Shown piece by piece: positions 59,849-64,000 of a stretch of DNA of 64,000 nt. The notes below the pieces were generated by a model. That model saw only the letters and a list, made by a program, of their open reading frames with translations, was not told where the DNA came from and made no database searches. Each line of letters opens with the position of its first letter. The stretch's first letter is position 1. Source of the stretch: Acholeplasmataceae bacterium (GTDB lineage: Bacteria; Bacillota_I; Bacilli_A; Acholeplasmatales; Acholeplasmataceae); contig OY763415.1 in assembly GCA_963667565.1 (NCBI GenBank), positions 160,001 to 224,000 of the forward strand. The letters run 5' to 3'. The position numbers and the translations under genes were made by a program.

Positions 59849-61234
59849 ATGTTAAGTAAAAAAGAATTGCAACAATTAATTGATGAAGCATTATCGACTG
59901 GTGCTGATTTTGCTGAAATATTTTTAGAAGATACACATGCATCAGGTATGCGCATCACTAAAGGAGATGTCACATCTGTTAACAAAAACAATGTTCACGG
60001 TGTTGGTGTCAGACTTATTTTAGGCGTTGATGAAGTTTATGGTTACACCAATGAACAAAATTATGAAAGTGTATTAAATGTTGTTAACAATTTAAAACAA
60101 TCATTTAATGGACCTTTAACTCAATCTGTACCATTAGGAGATAAAAAACCTTATGTGACAAATTTAAAAAGAAGTATAGATTCAGTGTCTAATGATGAAA
60201 GAGCTGAAAAACTCATTAAGTTATCTAACAAGATGAGTGCATATGATGATAGAATTATTCAATCAATGGCTATGCTTTCTGAAACTGAACAAAAGGTTTT
60301 AATCGCTAATTCAAAAGGTGTATATCAAGATGATTTAAGAGTATATACACGTGTTTTCTTAGTTGCAGTCGCTAAAGATGGCGATAATATGCAACAAGGA
60401 TATGAGTCACAAGGTAGATATATGGGATTTGAAATATTTGATGAGGTTGATTTTGATCAATATGCGCAAGAAACTGCAGAAAGTGCAATTGGTTTATTAT
60501 CCGCAGAAGACATTGAGTCACAAGTGATGCCAGTTGTCTTAAATAATGGATTTGGTGGGGTTATTTTTCATGAAGCATGTGGACATCCACTTGAAGCAAC
60601 TGCAGTTGCTAAAGGATTATCTCCATTTGTTGGCAAATTAGGTGAAAAAGTTGGATCTGATGTTGTGACAGCTTATGATGATGGTGATGTCGAAGGTGCA
60701 TGGGGACGTTTAACTTTTGATGATGAAGGTAAGAAGACACAAAAAAACTTACTCATTGAAAATGGTGTTTTAAAAGGTTATCTTATCGACTTTAGAAATG
60801 GTCGCAAAATGAACATGGATCCTACGGGTTCAGCAAGAAGACAATCATATAAATATTCACCTACATCAAGAATGAATTCAACATATATTGCACCTGGTAA
60901 AGATAAACCTGAGGATATCATTAAAGATACTAAATACGGTTTATATGCTAAAAAACTTGGTGGTGGTACAGTAAACCCAGCATCTGGTGAATTTAACTTT
61001 GCGGTTGCTGAAGGTTACATGATCGAAGATGGTAAATTAACAACACCAGTTCGAGGAGCAATGCTTATCGGACATGGTAAAGATGTTTTATTTAAAATAG
61101 ATAGAGTTGCTGATAACTTATTGTTTGGACAAGGTATGTGTGGTTCACTCTCAGGAAGTATTCCTGTTGATGTTGGACAACCAACGATTAGAGTATCAGA
61201 AATGACTGTTGGTGGAAACGGAGGACGCAAATAA
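59849..61234 (+). CDS. tldD: TldD metalloprotease subunit; start moved to 59849
   Basis: RBS AAGGAG; 'GADFAEIF', 'FHEACGH.LE', 'DDEG', 'GMCGS.SG.IPV.VGQP'. Confidence 0.93.
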   Translation: MLSKKELQQLIDEALSTGADFAEIFLEDTHASGMRITKGDVTSVNKNNVHGVGVRLILGVDEVYGYTNEQNYESVLNVVNNLKQSFNGPLTQSVPLGDKKPYVTNLKRSIDSVSNDERAEKLIKLSNKMSAYDDRIIQSMAMLSETEQKVLIANSKGVYQDDLRVYTRVFLVAVAKDGDNMQQGYESQGRYMGFEIFDEVDFDQYAQETAESAIGLLSAEDIESQVMPVVLNNGFGGVIFHEACGHPLEATAVAKGLSPFVGKLGEKVGSDVVTAYDDGDVEGAWGRLTFDDEGKKTQKNLLIENGVLKGYLIDFRNGRKMNMDPTGSARRQSYKYSPTSRMNSTYIAPGKDKPEDIIKDTKYGLYAKKLGGGTVNPASGEFNFAVAEGYMIEDGKLTTPVRGAMLIGHGKDVLFKIDRVADNLLFGQGMCGSLSGSIPVDVGQPTIRVSEMTVGGNGGRK

Positions 61235-62541
61235 TGTTTAAGAAATGGTTAGAACTAGGACTTAGTAAAGGTATTTCAGATTTAGAAATATTTGCGACAC
61301 AAAGTAGAAGCTTAAAATTATCTTTATATAAAGGAAAACTAGATCAAAATGTATTAAGCGATGTATCATCAGTATCGATTAGAGGAATCTATGATGGAAA
61401 ATTAAGTCGTGTACATTTTGAAAACTTAAGCGATGATAATGCAGCAAGTTATTTAGATGCATTAATTGAAAATGCAAAAGCACTTACAGTAAAAGAACCT
61501 GCGATTATTTATGAGGGTTCAAAATCTTATCCTGAAGTAGACAATGAATTATTTGATTTTGCATCTGTCCCAATGATTGATAAAATTGAATTGATTAAAA
61601 CTTTAGAATCAAAAATCTTGGAAAATGAGTTTGTTTCACAAGTACAATCAACGATTTATCAAGAATCATATTCAAAAACTGTTTTAGTCAACTCTAAAGG
61701 TTTAAATTTAGAAAGAGAAAATACATTTGCATATTGTTATTCTATTGGTGTATTCCAAAAAGATGATGATATCAAAACAGCTGCTGAGATCAAAATTGCT
61801 AAAAAATTCAGTGATTTTAATGCATTAGAACTTGCAGAAAAAACCATTAAAACAGGTGTAAGTAAATTAGGTGGTAAATCTATAAAATCTGGATCTTATC
61901 CAGTGGTATTTAAAAATGAAATGTTTTCAGATGTTTTATCTGGATACTTAAGCGTATTTACAGGTGAATCAGCATATCGCGATTTATCACAATTAAAAGG
62001 TAAAGTAGGAGAAGAAATAGCAGTACCTGAACTAAACCTTATTGATGACCCACTGACTGATCTAGCTTTATTTAAAACACCTTTTGATGATGAAGGTGTT
62101 GCGTGTGCTAAAAAATATTTAATTGAAAACGGTGTTTTTAAAGGTTTCATGCATAATCTTAAAACAGCTGCTATTTTCAATGAAGAACCTACTGGCCATG
62201 CATTTAGAGGTAGTATTGGACCAACTAATATTTATGTAGAACCCTCAAATATTTCATTTGATGAAATGATTAAAGATATTAAAGAAGGTGTATTTATTAC
62301 AGATTTGGTTGGATTACATGCTGGTGTTAATGCTGTATCTGGTGAGTTTAGTGCTCAAGCTGGTGGCTTTAAAATCAAAGATGGCAAAATTGATCATCCA
62401 ATAAAAATGATTGTTGTATCTGGTAATTTCTTTAAAATGATTAAAGCAATTAAATCATTTGATAATGAATTAGAATTTAGTACATCATCTATTGGAAGTC
62501 CAAATGTTTATATTGAATCATTAATGATTGGTGGAGAATAA
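61234..62541 (+). CDS. pmbA: PmbA/TldE subunit
   Basis: TldD/PmbA family 'PFDDEGV', 'G.N.VSGEFS', no HExxxH; TAATG-coupled to tldD. Confidence 0.88.
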   Translation: MFKKWLELGLSKGISDLEIFATQSRSLKLSLYKGKLDQNVLSDVSSVSIRGIYDGKLSRVHFENLSDDNAASYLDALIENAKALTVKEPAIIYEGSKSYPEVDNELFDFASVPMIDKIELIKTLESKILENEFVSQVQSTIYQESYSKTVLVNSKGLNLERENTFAYCYSIGVFQKDDDIKTAAEIKIAKKFSDFNALELAEKTIKTGVSKLGGKSIKSGSYPVVFKNEMFSDVLSGYLSVFTGESAYRDLSQLKGKVGEEIAVPELNLIDDPLTDLALFKTPFDDEGVACAKKYLIENGVFKGFMHNLKTAAIFNEEPTGHAFRGSIGPTNIYVEPSNISFDEMIKDIKEGVFITDLVGLHAGVNAVSGEFSAQAGGFKIKDGKIDHPIKMIVVSGNFFKMIKAIKSFDNELEFSTSSIGSPNVYIESLMIGGE

Positions 62542-62555
62542 TCTCCACCTTTTTT
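62530..62555 (+). terminator. Intrinsic terminator overlapping the pmbA stop
   Basis: GGTGGAGA-ataa-TCTCCACC TTTTTT. Confidence 0.85.
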
Positions 62556-62556
62556 A

Positions 62557-62585
62557 TTGACTTAATTGCTTATATGAAGTATACT
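62557..62585 (+). promoter_or_regulatory. Sigma70 promoter of the ZIP-DtxR operon
   Basis: TTGACT-17 nt-TATACT. Confidence 0.75.
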
Positions 62586-62595
62586 TAAATTAAAA

Positions 62596-62611
62596 TTAAG
62601 GTTAGCCTTAA
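62596..62611. promoter_or_regulatory. Putative DtxR/MntR operator
   Basis: TTAAGGTTAGCCTTAA, 10 nt downstream of the -10 box, same offset as at mntH. Confidence 0.8.
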
Positions 62612-62626
62612 ATTTGGAGGAATTTT

Positions 62627-63454
62627 ATGTTAAATTGGTTCATGTCATTAGACATTTGGATACAGGCTTTATTAGCAACATTATTTACTTGGGGTGTTAC
62701 TGCCCTTGGGGCTTCATTGGTATTTTTCTTTAAGACGATTGAAAGACATATATTTAATCTCATGTTAGGTTTTGCATCTGGTGTGATGATTGCAGCAAGC
62801 TTTTGGTCCTTATTAGCTCCAGCGATTGATATGGCAAATGAACAAGGAGCAGTTGCTTGGTTTGTCGTTGCTGTAGGTTTTGCATTAGGTGGCATATTTT
62901 TATTTATTGCAGATAAAACATTGCCTCATATGCATTTTGGTCCTAATCATGAAGTTGAAGGGATTCATACCAAACTAAAAAGAAATATTTTATTAGTCTT
63001 TTCAATTACGCTTCATAATATTCCAGAAGGTTTAGCAGTAGGGGTCGCATTTGGTGCAGTGAAGTTTGCTACTGGAGATCCAGTTGCTGCAACACTTGGG
63101 GCGATTGGTCTTGCGATTGGTATTGGTATTCAAAATTTCCCAGAAGGTGCAGCAGTATCAATTCCATTACGTCAAGAAGGTAAAATCAGTCGATTAAAGG
63201 CGTTTATGCTTGGGCAAGCTTCAGGTTTAGTTGAGCCTATCGCTGGTGTGATTGGCGCACTACTTGTCTTACAAATGCAAACATTACTTCCTTATGCACT
63301 TGCTTTTGCTGCAGGAGCAATGATTTATGTGGTTGTTGAAGAACTCATACCCGAAGCTCAGCAAACACAAACAGCTAAGGGTGCACATTATGCAGTATTA
63401 GGTGTAATGACAGGATTTATTGTTATGATGATTTTAGATGTTGCATTAGGATAG
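62627..63454 (+). CDS. ZIP-family (GufA/ZupT-like) metal transporter
   Basis: 'GFASGVMIAASFWSLL', 'ITLHNIPEGLAVG', 'GIGIQNFPEG', 'EELIPEA'. Confidence 0.95.
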   Translation: MLNWFMSLDIWIQALLATLFTWGVTALGASLVFFFKTIERHIFNLMLGFASGVMIAASFWSLLAPAIDMANEQGAVAWFVVAVGFALGGIFLFIADKTLPHMHFGPNHEVEGIHTKLKRNILLVFSITLHNIPEGLAVGVAFGAVKFATGDPVAATLGAIGLAIGIGIQNFPEGAAVSIPLRQEGKISRLKAFMLGQASGLVEPIAGVIGALLVLQMQTLLPYALAFAAGAMIYVVVEELIPEAQQTQTAKGAHYAVLGVMTGFIVMMILDVALG

Positions 63455-63467
63455 AGGTGAGTAGTTA

Positions 63468-64000
63468 ATGCATAGAGCAGAAGAAGATTATATAAAAACA
63501 ATTTATGAACTTACAGTTCAACGAAAACAAGATATCGTAAAAACAAATGAGATATCAGATACTTTTGGATTTACTGATCAAAGTGTTAATGAAATGATTA
63601 AGAAACTTGTTACAAAAAAACTCGTAAAATTTATACCTTACAAAGGTGTTCAATTAACAAAAAATGGTATTAAAGAAGCTACCAGATTAATTAGATTTCA
63701 TCGTATTTGGGAAGTGTTTTTAACAGATAAATTATCATATGCGTGGGAAGACGTTCATGAGGATGCTGAACGTTTAGAACATGCTTCAAGTGAGACATTA
63801 ATTAACAAACTTGATGAATTGTTAGGATATCCAAAATATTGTCAACATGGAAATCCTATTCCTGATGCTTCTGGTCATGTGAGCACCTTTTCTAGTTTAA
63901 GTATTTTTGATCTTGAAGAAAATGATACGTTTAAGATTAAAAGAGTATTAGATCATAAAGAATTACTTAATTTTTTAAATGCACATCACATGCATTTGAA
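63468..64000 (+). CDS. DtxR/MntR-family metal-dependent repressor (runs off the window; absent from ORF track)
   Basis: Translated by hand: MHRAEEDYIKTIYEL...SVNEMIKKL...PYKGVQLT...HRIWEVFL...VHEDAERLEH...CQHGNPIP; RBS GAGGTG. Confidence 0.93.
   Translation, partial: MHRAEEDYIKTIYELTVQRKQDIVKTNEISDTFGFTDQSVNEMIKKLVTKKLVKFIPYKGVQLTKNGIKEATRLIRFHRIWEVFLTDKLSYAWEDVHEDAERLEHASSETLINKLDELLGYPKYCQHGNPIPDASGHVSTFSSLSIFDLEENDTFKIKRVLDHKELLNFLNAHHMHL

Noticed and set aside
55284..62541. Complete RiPP biosynthetic cluster
   Set aside because: No YcaO, radical SAM or Lan enzymes, and a terminator separates the peptide operon from the ABC-tld genes.
1216..62895. Numerous 60-103-aa antisense or alternate-frame ORFs in the track
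   Set aside because: Almost all lie within well-supported genes, lack recognisable motifs and look like shadow ORFs.

Overview
AT-rich (about 30% GC by eye), gene-dense chromosomal window that uses TGA as stop and TGG for Trp, with Firmicutes-like genes. This best fits an Acholeplasmatales-type mollicute (inference). Order: end of a cellobiose/beta-glucoside operon (binding protein, fused double permease, GH94, GH1); recG-plsX-rnc-dnaD-nth; an XRE-helical regulator; an ABC exporter pair; an Ig-repeat surface protein; flavodoxin; dnaE; a CDF transporter; a 2388-aa acidic membrane-anchored protein with 501-bp tandem repeats; divergent PPi- and ATP-type phosphofructokinases plus ppdK and a Na/Pi symporter; uvrB; accessory genes, one bracketed by a 35-bp direct repeat; Nramp-USP; an island of two 5'-truncated Rhs toxin/immunity modules, the second bracketed by a perfect 32-bp repeat; pepT; a DUF2089/SHOCT-like operon with phased operator repeats and an unannotated 25-aa ORF; an ABC pair plus tldD/pmbA; ZIP and a DtxR/MntR regulator whose probable operator sits at both mntH and ZIP. 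Two ORFs labelled '+' in the supplied track (30573..31829 and 53503..54729) are actually on the minus strand. No rRNA, tRNA, CRISPR array, transposase or integrase was recognised.
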